From contig JBEKZX010000002.1 of the NCBI GenBank assembly GCA_049509455.1, positions 26,485-90,484 of the forward strand: a DNA stretch of 64,000 nt, in the 5' to 3' direction. Below the pieces are notes generated by a model. The model did no database searches. It was given only the letters and a program-made list of their open reading frames with translations, and was not told where the DNA came from. The stretch's first letter is position 1; each line of letters begins with the position of its first letter. This stretch comes from Conexivisphaerales archaeon (GTDB lineage: Archaea > Thermoproteota > Nitrososphaeria > Conexivisphaerales > DTJL01). Below, one piece after another: positions 17,400 through 27,489 of the stretch. Position numbers and translations under genes: made by a program.

Positions 17400-17810
17400 T
17401 GTTGGGAGTAAGCGGCTGCACGGGTTCCAGTGGACGCACTGGGGTGGCGGTGGTCGGTTAACAAACTTAAAGGTGTAGATTGGGTCCACTGGAAACAATG
17501 GGGTTCAAAGCTGGCTCCTTTTGGTTGCGATACAAGTGTATGTTAACAAATAGGCTACTATCTATGATTGTCGTTCAGGTTGATGAGGGGCACCCGTAGA
17601 TCGCCAGTGGAGACCCCTTATAGAATCTGGAATATTGACTATTGGCGTCGAAGTAGTCTAGACTAGATTTAACTGTCTTATCAGTCAACTAGTGTTAACA
17701 TGATTGTATATATGCTTCTTGGGGCATCAAATAGCGGTATATTTTCCATCTTCCCGTTTATCATCTTTAACTTATATATTTTCCAGTGGAAGTAATGGGG
17801 GGAGGGGCTC
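17400..17810. promoter_or_regulatory. Chromosomal replication origin (oriC) with ORB elements
   Basis: ORB-like TCCA(G/C)TGGA...GGGG copies at about 17424-17445 (+), 17484-17505 (+), 17591-17612 (-, weaker) and 17780-17801 (+), with AT-rich stretches, directly upstream of cdc6. Confidence 0.85.
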
Positions 17811-19013
17811 TTGTCAAACCCATCAAGCGATCCATTAAATGACATATTCGATAGGGCGATTAACGGGGAAAGTCTCTTCCTAAACAGAAATGCCCTCAGG
17901 AACGAATTCATCCCTAACCAAATCCACTTCAGAGACGAACAGATCAAGAATGTGGGCCAAATATTATCCCCCGCTCTCACTGGTCACAAACCTTCTAGTC
18001 TGTTAATTTACGGCAAAACCGGCACAGGGAAGACCGTAGTCGTAAGATATGTAATCAACCGCCTAGTCGAGAGAAGCAAAACAATGGACACAAACATCCG
18101 AACGGCCTATGTGAATACACGCGTAGCTTCAACCGAGTATCGAATTCTGTCTGAAGTTGCGATTGAGCTGGGAGTAGCTTTACCATTTACCGGACTGTCT
18201 CTCAGTGAAGCATTCAATAGAATAACTAGCAACATGAGAGAACACTCGCTCAAAACCATCTTCGTTCTTGACGAGATCGATTTTCTGGTCAAATCGTCAG
18301 GCGACAACCTCCTTTACGAATTCACTAGAGCCAACGAAAATTTGACCAACAACGCTTTCATCGCGTTAGTGGGGATATCCAACGACCTCAAATTCAAAGA
18401 GACACTCGATCCGAGGGTCCTTAGCAGCCTAAACGAAGAAGAAATAGTGTTCTCTCCCTACTCAGTAGACGAACTAAGGGCCATCTTGCGCGAACGGATT
18501 GAGGTAGCTTTTGTCCCAGGGAAAGTAAGCGAAGCCGCAGTCAACCTGTGCGCAGGCATGGGGGCCGCAGAGCATGGAGACGCGAGACGCGCCGTCGACC
18601 TCCTTCGAGTAGCTGGAGAGCTTGCTGAAAGAGAAGGCGCGCAAACGGTTGAGGACTCCCATGTAAGAGAAGCCTCGAAGAGCATCGAAAGAGACCGAGT
18701 GCTTGAAGCAATCCAGTCATTACCCATTCATGGCAAATTGACACTCCTAGCCGTCTCATCCTTCAAAGAAGCCGAGAACACAGGCCATATATACGCCAAA
18801 TACATTGAGGTCACCAAACAACTTGGGCTCGAACCCTTGACGCAGAGAAGGGTAAGCGGCCTCCTAAGTGAACTTGATCTCTTGGGACTTGTTTCGGCTC
18901 CAGTCGTTAGCAAGGGCAGGATGGGCCGATCCAAGAAGGTCAGGCTGGAAATACCACAACAGGTCGTCGAAGCCTCTCTCAAGGACGATGAAACCGTCAA
19001 AACGCTTCTCTAG
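17811..19013 (+). CDS. cdc6: Orc1/Cdc6 replication initiator
   Basis: Walker A GKTGTGKT, Walker B LDEID, DPRVLSSL, HGDARRAVDLLR, and C-terminal wHTH (SELDLLGLV...GRMGR). Confidence 0.96.
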   Translation: MSNPSSDPLNDIFDRAINGESLFLNRNALRNEFIPNQIHFRDEQIKNVGQILSPALTGHKPSSLLIYGKTGTGKTVVVRYVINRLVERSKTMDTNIRTAYVNTRVASTEYRILSEVAIELGVALPFTGLSLSEAFNRITSNMREHSLKTIFVLDEIDFLVKSSGDNLLYEFTRANENLTNNAFIALVGISNDLKFKETLDPRVLSSLNEEEIVFSPYSVDELRAILRERIEVAFVPGKVSEAAVNLCAGMGAAEHGDARRAVDLLRVAGELAEREGAQTVEDSHVREASKSIERDRVLEAIQSLPIHGKLTLLAVSSFKEAENTGHIYAKYIEVTKQLGLEPLTQRRVSGLLSELDLLGLVSAPVVSKGRMGRSKKVRLEIPQQVVEASLKDDETVKTLL

Positions 19014-19015
19014 GC

Positions 19016-20449
19016 TCAAGCGCGCCACAAGACATCAAAAGTTGATAGGTCTACTAGCGCCGCTTTTCCTTGGCTTCGCACAGCAGATTTCGTACCGGCA
19101 ATCCAAGACGGAGTAGAGAGCAACAGCGTACCTCTGTAAACTTCTTCATCAGGTATACCAACATGGCCACAATGCATTATGTCAGGTATAGGATCTATAA
19201 TCAGCAGGTCATCCTTCTCTGGAGCCAACAGCGTCAAGCCACCATACGTTGGAGCCACATGCCTAGCTCTGAGCAAAGCGCGCATTCCCGTAGAGGGTCG
19301 GCTCACGGAGACAGACTGTAGCTGCCTGAACACTTCATCTAGACTCTGCCCATGATAGAGGAGTACATTCACGCCATCAAGTCTTACCATGGAGGGGTTA
19401 CCCAACATGACGACATTTTTCATTTCATAAAGTCTCTTGGCGTACTTCCTTATGATTGCAGGCTGGGGCAAAGCAATTCTAGTAGCATCCGTGTCTCCTG
19501 GTGTGAGGAAAATCTTCATCGGCCTCCTTATGTTTTCAAGATATCCTGCGAGCACATCATAGGAAGACCTAACGTCATGCTCACTCAGGCGTCCATCGCC
19601 TGCCAACGGATTTTCGATAAGATCACCATTCAAGACCAGATATCCGATCCTAGACACCACTTCAAGTTCACCTAGGTCTCCATTAATCCAGTCAATCATC
19701 TTCTGAAACGAAGTCTCGTCAAAGTCTGGCGACCCCACATGAAGGTCTGACAAGAACATAGCATAGATTTTTTTATCGGCCGTCCTCTTGGCCCTCTCGG
19801 GCACATCTAGATGGTAGATATTCTTAGCATAATACCCTCTAGGTTGCGACTCAACTTCCACCAAAACGAACTCATCAATGAGAACTTCGTCCATCTTGCG
19901 TATCGCGTCGCCTGTACACATCAGTCGAAGGTACCCGCTATCGTCCTCCAGCGTTAAAGACATATAATCACTTGAAATCTTTTTAGACGCTACAAGTCCA
20001 ACCACTTTCGCTAGGACTTTTCTACCTGAGAGCGGGGTCTTAATGGCATTCAGCTTCTCAATCTGGAAGAAATCTGGCCGACCCCTGATTAGCGAAGACA
20101 TCCTCTCGAGCCTGTTCCTAAACATTAGAACATATCCCGATGTATCAGTAGTCGGGCTGATGGCGCTCGTTGGATCAGAAAGCACTTCGAAATCTAGAAC
20201 GAGCTCCCTTTCCGCGTCCTCCAGGTCATTTCTAGAATGCAAAAACGGTTTGATATCCTTGGAGCCTATGACGAAGTGTTTTCCACGCTGTTTGGCCTTC
20301 GTTTTCATAACGGCCTCAAGAACGCGAAGTACCGAATCCGGCTCTCCTTCCTGATCGAGGAGCTCCCGTACCGCATCCAATTCCACTTGGTAGCCCTGTT
20401 CTAACATCCTCCTTACTATCATGACTTCGTCGTCCTTTCGGCTTGCCAT
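19016..20449 (-). CDS. DNA polymerase D small subunit DP1, with degenerate exonuclease motifs
   Basis: OB fold (LEDDSG), SDLHVGS, NGDL, ALPQP, YHG, RHVAPTYGG, PDIMHCGHV; start refined to the ATG at 20449. Confidence 0.9.
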   Translation of the reverse strand: MASRKDDEVMIVRRMLEQGYQVELDAVRELLDQEGEPDSVLRVLEAVMKTKAKQRGKHFVIGSKDIKPFLHSRNDLEDAERELVLDFEVLSDPTSAISPTTDTSGYVLMFRNRLERMSSLIRGRPDFFQIEKLNAIKTPLSGRKVLAKVVGLVASKKISSDYMSLTLEDDSGYLRLMCTGDAIRKMDEVLIDEFVLVEVESQPRGYYAKNIYHLDVPERAKRTADKKIYAMFLSDLHVGSPDFDETSFQKMIDWINGDLGELEVVSRIGYLVLNGDLIENPLAGDGRLSEHDVRSSYDVLAGYLENIRRPMKIFLTPGDTDATRIALPQPAIIRKYAKRLYEMKNVVMLGNPSMVRLDGVNVLLYHGQSLDEVFRQLQSVSVSRPSTGMRALLRARHVAPTYGGLTLLAPEKDDLLIIDPIPDIMHCGHVGIPDEEVYRGTLLLSTPSWIAGTKSAVRSQGKAALVDLSTFDVLWRA

Positions 20450-20500
20450 CGGATTCGCGTTACTACTGTTCTGGAGGCGCCCTATTTTACGATTATATTC

Positions 20501-21163
20501 ATGCATCTGCTAGGGTGGACTCGGTTGCCATCAAAACCAGACGCCGTTGCCGCTCTCATACTTGCGGGCGGTCTTTCTTCCCGTATGGGTCAGGAGAAAG
20601 CCACGCTAATGATCAAATCTAGACCATTGATTAGTTGGGCTTACGACGCCGCAAATAGATTCACCAATCATATCTACATATCATCTCACGATGAAAGCAT
20701 GACTAACCGTTTCCGACCACTGTTACCAGCCGATGTGGTTTTCATAGCCGATCTATATGACGGCCCACGCTCGGTGCTTCTGGCCTTGCTCTCATCCTTT
20801 CAGTCTATCAAGGAAGAATACATAATTGTATTTCCTGTAGACTCACCCCTCATAAGGCCTAATCTGATGGCCGAAATGGTTTCCAAATCAAAGGAGTTTG
20901 ACCTCGTAATACCCGTCTGGCCAGACGGCAAGCTCGAAGCGATACATGCGGTCTATGACAGGGAAGCCACCTTACCGGTCATTAGAGACCTGTGGCACAG
21001 CAGGACGTTGGAGCTCTGGCAGATAGCTAAGCATGCCAAGAAAACACTATTCATATCCACAGAACGCCTTGCTGAACTGGATCCAGGCCTCGTCTCGCTT
21101 CTTGATGCTGACACACCCGATGAATTCGAAACTCTCAAATCAGTTGCAGCCAACTACATGTAA
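20501..21163 (+). CDS. mobA: MobA-like molybdenum cofactor guanylyltransferase / NTP transferase
   Basis: LILAGGLSSRMGQEKA, PVDSP, EAIHAVY, DADTPDE. Confidence 0.8.
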   Translation: MHLLGWTRLPSKPDAVAALILAGGLSSRMGQEKATLMIKSRPLISWAYDAANRFTNHIYISSHDESMTNRFRPLLPADVVFIADLYDGPRSVLLALLSSFQSIKEEYIIVFPVDSPLIRPNLMAEMVSKSKEFDLVIPVWPDGKLEAIHAVYDREATLPVIRDLWHSRTLELWQIAKHAKKTLFISTERLAELDPGLVSLLDADTPDEFETLKSVAANYM

Positions 21164-21172
21164 ACATAGACA

Positions 21173-21370
21173 GTGCTCTGTCCAGTGTTCATTGACACCC
21201 GTTTCAGGCCCCTGGGTCCAACATACTCTGCTTCAGACCCGATCATCTTACTCTCTTTCAAATGCAAACAATCCTCCTTTTCGGAAGGAGCCTTCAGGGA
21301 TGAGATAGGCTGTCTCTTCGAAGCTAACATGCTTTACCATGCCTACGATGTTATAAACTCGACAGGCTAA
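21173..21370 (+). CDS. Possible small hypothetical protein (65 aa)
   Basis: GTG ORF starting 10 nt after the mobA stop; no motif recognised. Confidence 0.3.
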   Translation: MLCPVFIDTRFRPLGPTYSASDPIILLSFKCKQSSFSEGAFRDEIGCLFEANMLYHAYDVINSTG

Positions 21371-21487
21371 GAAACCGTCCGACGTGCTCTTCACGATTTC
21401 CATTCGACTAACAACCACACTATACAGTCCCTTTAGCAGACAATTCAATCCGGGCGCCTGACGCCCTAAAGCGCTTCTTCTGCTGTT

Positions 21488-22426
21488 CTAGCGCGATTTC
21501 AAAAACCTAGCGGCAGCTCCGGCCGACCTGGAGTCGAAGCTTTCATACGAGTAGTAGTCAATTAGATTATAGATGTCCTCCCTGGTCATCATCCTGTCTA
21601 ACATTCCTTCTTGTGAGCCCGAACGCTTCAACTCGACATAAGTCTCCTCCATTGTTTTGAGAGAGGCCCTGAAAGCCGCCATGGGGAATATTACGACCTT
21701 ATACCCCATTCGCCAAAACTCATTCACCTTGATGTAAGGAGACTTGCCGAACTCCGTCATGTTTGCAAGCAAAGGAACATGAACCTTCTTGGCGAACTCC
21801 TTGAATTCGTCGACGCTCTCTAAAGCCTCTGGGAATATCATATCGGCTCCTGCCCTAGCGTAGGCCTTGGCCCTTTCGATTGCGGCATCCATTCCTTCAA
21901 CCTCTCTGGCATCAGTCCTGGCTATCACCACGATGCCCTTTCTACTGCTGTCTTTGGCTGCAACAATCTTCTTCACCATTTCACCCATACCTACGACTTG
22001 CTTCCCCGACAACTGCCCGCACTTCTTAGGCATCAATTGATCTTCGATGTGCAAACCCGCAACGTCTAGTCTTTCCAACCCACGTACGGTTCTCATCACA
22101 TTAACGGCTTCACCAAACCCCGTGTCGACGTCTACAATCAAAGGCAATTTCACCCTGTCCACGATATAGCTAACAGCTTGAATACACTCACTCATCGTAG
22201 TCATCCCCAAATCGGGTAATCCTAACGAGTTCGCAAAACCCCCACCCGAGAAGTAAAGGGCTTTGAAACCAACTTGGGCCGCTATCAAAGCCGATATCGG
22301 ATCTAATACACCTGGCGCCACTATGATGTCATCTCCTTTGAGAGCATCCCTCAGATTATCGACCGCACTTCTTCCATGTTCCATGATCATATCAATCTCC
22401 TCTCGGCAGCGTCCTGATGATATCAC
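21488..22426 (-). CDS. prpB: 2-methylisocitrate lyase-like enzyme (ICL/PEP mutase family)
   Basis: GLPDLG, DVDTGFG, HIEDQ..PKKCG, ARTDAR, ANMTEFGKSP; true start probably about 40 nt downstream of the track start. Confidence 0.88.
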   Translation of the reverse strand: MISSGRCREEIDMIMEHGRSAVDNLRDALKGDDIIVAPGVLDPISALIAAQVGFKALYFSGGGFANSLGLPDLGMTTMSECIQAVSYIVDRVKLPLIVDVDTGFGEAVNVMRTVRGLERLDVAGLHIEDQLMPKKCGQLSGKQVVGMGEMVKKIVAAKDSSRKGIVVIARTDAREVEGMDAAIERAKAYARAGADMIFPEALESVDEFKEFAKKVHVPLLANMTEFGKSPYIKVNEFWRMGYKVVIFPMAAFRASLKTMEETYVELKRSGSQEGMLDRMMTREDIYNLIDYYSYESFDSRSAGAAARFLKSR

Positions 22427-22620
22427 CGATGTCGTCTCCTTCGATGTTCCAGAACTTCGTTAAAGCGTCCTTCGGGGCTCTCAATTTGATGAATCTCGAT
22501 TCCATTTCCCCAGCTAGCGTCATGCCCTAGGTCTCACAATGGGAGAACTATAAACAGTGATACGACAAACCAACATCTAGCGGCGACCATCGGCACTCCG
22601 TCTCGGTTTCTTAGTCTGAA

Positions 22621-22750
22621 TGCGGGGGGTGGGATTCGGACCCACGAAGGCCTACGCCAGCAGATCTTGAGTTTGGGCTTTGCAGACGCCGTCACTGCCC
22701 CCTTTTGTCGCCCAATTCGAAAGGCTTTGACCTGGCTCGGGGACCCCCGC
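22621..22750 (-). tRNA. tRNA-Leu(CAA) with two non-canonical introns (about 21/22: 22704-22726; 30/31: 22673-22694)
   Basis: Spliced sequence GCGGGGG-TC-CCCG-AGCCAGGTCAA-AGGG-G-GCAGA-CTCAAGA-TCTGC-long variable arm-GTGGG-TCCGAAT-CCCAC-CCCCCGC-A; the 30/31 intron has a GGGC/GCCC central helix. Confidence 0.88.
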
Positions 22751-22799
22751 AGTCCTCAACTTGGGTTCATGGTTATTTTATGCTTTGCATCCAGCTAGA

Positions 22800-23018
22800 T
22801 CAGGCCTTGGAGAGCAATTGCAGAAAGACAAACAAGATGGCTATGCCGAACATGGCCACCAAGACGAACCTAGTTACGAAATCTCCATTTTTCCTCCGCC
22901 TTTCCTCCCTAAGGCCAATCTTCTCACACTCACCAGAACAGTAATTCTTACCGGGTGAAATGGCCTTGCCGCAGGTCCTACAGTGCGCATGGGCCGGTAA
23001 CTGCGAAAGGTCCTTCAT
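22800..23018 (-). CDS. DUF2116 family zinc-ribbon membrane protein
   Basis: HAHCRTCGKAI...YCSGEC followed by a C-terminal TM helix. Confidence 0.85.
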   Translation of the reverse strand: MKDLSQLPAHAHCRTCGKAISPGKNYCSGECEKIGLREERRRKNGDFVTRFVLVAMFGIAILFVFLQLLSKA

Positions 23019-23022
23019 GAAG

Positions 23023-23700
23023 TTACACGACGACTAGCGTACCCACTGGTTCTCCCTTTATAGCTTTGTTAATGGCGGACGGCTCACACTTGAGAATGAC
23101 CGTCTTTATCTTCGACCGTTCGATGATGTTAACTGCCAAGAGGTCCAACAACTCATATGTACCCGCTTTCATCTGCCCCTCCCCGAACATCTTCCGTAAC
23201 TGTGGCGGCGTAACTCGATTCAGTTTCCTGGCGTTACCGTCCTTGTCTGGGTCAGCCGTGTAAACGCCGTCTACGTCTGTTGCGTTTACAAACAGGTTTG
23301 CATGCACCCTTTCAGCAGTCAACGCGGCCACGGCATTGGTGCTATGACCTGGGTGGAAACCACCTACGACGACGATTTTCCCCGTGGCATACGCCTCCGC
23401 CGCCCGATCCATGTTCTCAGGGATAGTTGGGTAAGCCAAGTCCCCCAATCCACCTGCCAACAACTCAGCGTTGAGTCGTGCTGCCCTCAACCCCAAATCG
23501 TCCAACATGGATTCGTCGATACCAAGCTTCCTCCCAGCCATAATATATCGTCGAGCAGTCTCACCACCTCCAGCCACCAAAACTAGCCTCTCTCCTTCCT
23601 CGGCAAGATTTTTGAAAAGCGTCAGCAACGGAGGGAGATTCTTATCTACACTGTCCCAATAGAATGTGGAACCGCTAATCTTAATTACTGTCCCTTTCAA
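23023..23700 (-). CDS. pyrH: Uridylate kinase
   Basis: IKISGS, VAGGG, GHSTNAVAA, TDVDGVYTADP. Confidence 0.93.
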   Translation of the reverse strand: MKGTVIKISGSTFYWDSVDKNLPPLLTLFKNLAEEGERLVLVAGGGETARRYIMAGRKLGIDESMLDDLGLRAARLNAELLAGGLGDLAYPTIPENMDRAAEAYATGKIVVVGGFHPGHSTNAVAALTAERVHANLFVNATDVDGVYTADPDKDGNARKLNRVTPPQLRKMFGEGQMKAGTYELLDLLAVNIIERSKIKTVILKCEPSAINKAIKGEPVGTLVVV

Positions 23701-23763
23701 GGCTTTCCCATAAGTTCATCTAACCCCTCAATAAAAAGTTGAGGGTGAGGATGGCGATGCTAT

Positions 23764-25011
23764 TTGCCAGAGTACGACTCAGTAGCAATGTACAGGGTGA
23801 GGAAACTACTAACGGAGCTCGGCAGCAAACAGGGTCGTGGAACGGAACTAATCTCACTCTACGTTCCCCCCAAGAGGCCCATCTATGACGTCATAGCCAA
23901 CCTGAGAGACGAATATGGCACCGCATCCAACATAAAGAGCGATACAACTCGCAACCACGTACAGGACGCGCTTACCCGCGTCCAGCAACGCTTGAAACTA
24001 TACAAGAACGCACCACCCCATGGCCTCGTAATCTTTTGCGGGGCATTACCTGTCAGTGGCCCGAACACCGAAGTGATCCAGCTGTTCGAAATCGAGCCGC
24101 CGAAGCCCATCAGCGTATACCTGTATCGGTGCGACGATCACTTCCATCTAGATCTTCTCAGGGACACGATCAGAGAGCAAGAGGCTATTGGAATCCTCAC
24201 CATCGACACAGCGGAAGCCGCGCTGGGCCTTCTTGTAGGAGACAAAGTATCCGTAATCGAGGAGATGACTTCGGGCGTGGCCGGCAAGCACCGCCAAGGC
24301 GGTCAATCAGCACGCAGGTTCGAGAGGCTTCGGGCTAATGAAATCAATGATTTCTTCAATCGAATTGCAGTACATTCATACAAAGCCTTCATAGAGGCCA
24401 CGCCCGTCAAGAAGATGATCCTCGGTGGCCCTGGGCCTACCAAAGATTCCTTCTACAAAGGGGAGTACCTAGATTATAGGCTCCAAAACGCCGTCATCGG
24501 GCTCGTCGACATCTCCTACTCAGGCGAGGCTGGCATCCGCGAAACGGTCGAGAAGGCAGGCCCACTTCTACAGGATATCAGGTTCGTCCAAGAAAAGAAC
24601 ATCATCAACAAATTCATCGGAGAGGCGTCCAAAGACTACGGCCTGGCCGTCTACGGTCTGGATAACGTCTTGAACTGTCTCAAGAACAACTCGGCGGATA
24701 CCATCATAATCTCCGATGAATTAGACTCAAACCATCTTGCATTCAAATGCAGGAAGTGCGGCGAAACGATTGAGAAGTTCCTAAAACAGAGCGAAATCTT
24801 TGGAGAGAAGGTGGAGGTCATGGGCAAGAACTGCCCCTCATGTAATGCCAATGAATGGGACTATTCGCAACAAGACCTAGTGGATTACCTCTTTGATCAG
24901 GCGTCCACCACAGGCGCCAAGGTCGAAGTCGTCAGCACCAAGACAGAGCATGGGCAGATGTTCAGAAGCTTCGGCGGAATAGGTGCCTTGCTCAGATACA
25001 GGACCAAGTAG
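23764..25011 (+). CDS. prf1: Peptide chain release factor aRF1
   Basis: TELISLY, NIKS, YRCD, HRQGGQSARRF. Confidence 0.97.
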   Translation: MPEYDSVAMYRVRKLLTELGSKQGRGTELISLYVPPKRPIYDVIANLRDEYGTASNIKSDTTRNHVQDALTRVQQRLKLYKNAPPHGLVIFCGALPVSGPNTEVIQLFEIEPPKPISVYLYRCDDHFHLDLLRDTIREQEAIGILTIDTAEAALGLLVGDKVSVIEEMTSGVAGKHRQGGQSARRFERLRANEINDFFNRIAVHSYKAFIEATPVKKMILGGPGPTKDSFYKGEYLDYRLQNAVIGLVDISYSGEAGIRETVEKAGPLLQDIRFVQEKNIINKFIGEASKDYGLAVYGLDNVLNCLKNNSADTIIISDELDSNHLAFKCRKCGETIEKFLKQSEIFGEKVEVMGKNCPSCNANEWDYSQQDLVDYLFDQASTTGAKVEVVSTKTEHGQMFRSFGGIGALLRYRTK

Positions 25012-25064
25012 CCAGGTAACAGACCAAACTTTTAAGGGACCATCCATGGACGTCATTCCCATTA

Positions 25065-27422
25065 ATGCAAGCCGTACCTTTCAAGCCCACGATTGAGGAA
25101 AAGGCCTGGAGCCATGAACTTGAGGAGAAGATGTTCGAGTTGTGGTCCAGAGAGCAACTCTACCACTTCGACAAGAATTCGGAGAAACCAGTCTACAGTA
25201 TAGACACTCCTCCCCCTTACATCAACACGCCTGTCCACATAGGCCAAGCCTACACGTATACATGGATGGACGCCATCGCCAGATACAAGCGGATGTCCGG
25301 CTTCAACGTGCTTTTCCCAATAGGTCTGGACAGGAACGGCCTCCCCATCGAAGTGCAAGCCGAGAAGGAATTCAAGATTAGCATCAGGAACACCCCGAGA
25401 GAGGAGTTCATTCAGAAAGCAAGAAGCCTCTTGGATCGCTACGAAGGCATTTCAGTTTCTACCTTCAAGAAGCTCGGCCTCAGCGTCAGCCAATGGGAGA
25501 AGGGCAATTCGATAGGCTCAGTTTATGAGACCGACGATACCGAATACAGGAAGCTCACACAGGAGACCTTCATTAAACTGTTCAAGGAAGGTCTGGTCTA
25601 TGAAGGCGTGAAGACGGCCAACTACTGCCCAGTATGCCGTACGACCATCTCCGATGCGGAAGTGGAGTACAAAGAGTATCCTGCTAGCCTCAACTATGTC
25701 AATTTTGCACTTGTCGACGGCGGCGCGATAGCGGTGGCTACTACAAGACCGGAGTTGCTTTCAGCATGCAAAATCGTCCTCTACAATCCTGACGACGATC
25801 GATATAAAGGCCTCCAAGGGAGAGAAGCCATCGTCCCTATATTCGGGAAGACCGTGAAGGTCATCCCTCACCCCTACGCGAAACCGGAGTACGGATCCGG
25901 TATGGTCATGGTTTGTAGCTACGGCGACTATAACGACGTCAGAATCCTTAGGGAGCTTTCCATAGCTCCTACGTACGTCATAGACCAAGACGGTCGTATG
26001 ATCGGCGAGGCTGGCCCCTACGCGGGGCTTACCGTGAAGGAGGCCCGAAAGAAGATAATCGAAGACCTCCAGGCCAAAGGCTTTCTGATTAAGGCAGAAC
26101 AAGCTATTCATAGGGAGCCCATTTGCTGGCGGACCAAGAATCCCATAGAATTCATACCGACAAAGGAAATCTACCTCAAACAGGTCGAATTCAAGGAGGA
26201 CCTGCTCAGAATGACTGATCTGATGTCCTTCCATGCTCCACAGAGCAAGAACCTCTTGACAGACTGGGTGAACAGCATTTCCGTGGACTGGGTCCTTTCA
26301 CGTAGGCGATTCTACGGCACTGAGATTCCCCTTTGGTACTGCCTCAAGTGCGGAGAAACCATCTTGCCTCCCGCCGGCAGGTACTACCATCCCTGGAGAG
26401 AGAACCCTCCCATCGAAAGGTGCCCAAAGTGCGGAGGAACGGAATTCAGAGGAGAAGAAAGGATCTTCGACACTTGGTTCGATTCAAGTAGCAGCCAGCA
26501 ATACATTCTTGGCTATCTCTGGGACAAGGAGTTCTTCGAGAAGAATTACCCATGCTCGCTAAGGCCCCAGGGTAAAGAGATCGTCCGAAGCTGGCTCTAC
26601 TTTACGGTGCTCAAATCCTATCTTCAATTCAAGGAGCCGCCGTTCAAAGACGTCTGGATTAATCATCATGTCGTGGACGAATCAGGCGAGAAGATGAGCA
26701 AGAGCTTGGGCAACGTAATCGATCCCCAAGAAGTCATCAAGCGGTTCGGAGCCGAAGCCTTCCGAGCTTGGGTCTTCCTAGAGGGGGACATCACGGAAGG
26801 CGACGTGAAGTATTCCTATGCCAGAACAGAAGGATCAGGGAAGTTCCTGACCAAACTTTGGAATATCTCCAGACTGATTTCGTCCTTCCCAGAGGGCCCC
26901 AGCATGGCTCTCACCCTGAGCGAGGATTGGTTGCTGGCCGAATTATCTTCCGTTGTAACTAGAGTGAAATCTGACTATGAGAATTACTCCTTCAACAGAG
27001 CCGCCCTAGACGTCAGATTTTTCATCTGGAACGTTTTTGCTGACCACTACGTTGAAATGGTCAAAGCTAGGGCTTACGGCGGGCCTGGCGTAACAAAGGA
27101 GGAACAGGAAGCCGCTTGGAATGGGTTACACACCGGTTTGAAGAACATCCTGCTGCTGATGGCACCGTTGACGCCATTTATCACGGACTATTTATGGAGG
27201 AAGCTGTACGGGTCGTCCAGCGTGCATTTACAAAGCTTCCCCACATTCAAGCATGAATCGGAAAGTATCAGCCTGACTCCGTCGCTCATTGACTTTGACT
27301 CGACGGTATGGAACACCAAGAAATCCCAAGGGCTATCCCTGAAGGACCCCATCACGATTGTCATACCAGATCAGCTCAAGCCATTCGAGTCCGACCTTCG
27401 CCGCATGCATCACATCGAGTGA
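25065..27422 (+). CDS. valS: Valine--tRNA ligase
   Basis: IDTPPP, HIGQ (HIGH variant), DWVLSRRRFYG, KMSKSLGN. Confidence 0.93.
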   Translation: MQAVPFKPTIEEKAWSHELEEKMFELWSREQLYHFDKNSEKPVYSIDTPPPYINTPVHIGQAYTYTWMDAIARYKRMSGFNVLFPIGLDRNGLPIEVQAEKEFKISIRNTPREEFIQKARSLLDRYEGISVSTFKKLGLSVSQWEKGNSIGSVYETDDTEYRKLTQETFIKLFKEGLVYEGVKTANYCPVCRTTISDAEVEYKEYPASLNYVNFALVDGGAIAVATTRPELLSACKIVLYNPDDDRYKGLQGREAIVPIFGKTVKVIPHPYAKPEYGSGMVMVCSYGDYNDVRILRELSIAPTYVIDQDGRMIGEAGPYAGLTVKEARKKIIEDLQAKGFLIKAEQAIHREPICWRTKNPIEFIPTKEIYLKQVEFKEDLLRMTDLMSFHAPQSKNLLTDWVNSISVDWVLSRRRFYGTEIPLWYCLKCGETILPPAGRYYHPWRENPPIERCPKCGGTEFRGEERIFDTWFDSSSSQQYILGYLWDKEFFEKNYPCSLRPQGKEIVRSWLYFTVLKSYLQFKEPPFKDVWINHHVVDESGEKMSKSLGNVIDPQEVIKRFGAEAFRAWVFLEGDITEGDVKYSYARTEGSGKFLTKLWNISRLISSFPEGPSMALTLSEDWLLAELSSVVTRVKSDYENYSFNRAALDVRFFIWNVFADHYVEMVKARAYGGPGVTKEEQEAAWNGLHTGLKNILLLMAPLTPFITDYLWRKLYGSSSVHLQSFPTFKHESESISLTPSLIDFDSTVWNTKKSQGLSLKDPITIVIPDQLKPFESDLRRMHHIE

Positions 27423-27446
27423 TGCCCCCCAGCTCCGGTCGAAATT

Positions 27447-27454
27447 CTTAAAAA
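27447..27454 (+). promoter_or_regulatory. TATA box of tRNA-Thr(GGT) gene
   Basis: CTTAAAAA placed so that +1 falls at about 27477-27478. Confidence 0.55.
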
Positions 27455-27489
27455 CTCCCACTGGGTCGTGGCTTCAAGAGCCCCGGAAG

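Noticed and set aside
25215-25260. ValRS HIGQ as an inactivating change
   Set aside because: The fourth HIGH position varies among archaeal ValRS/IleRS enzymes, and KMSKS and other motifs are intact
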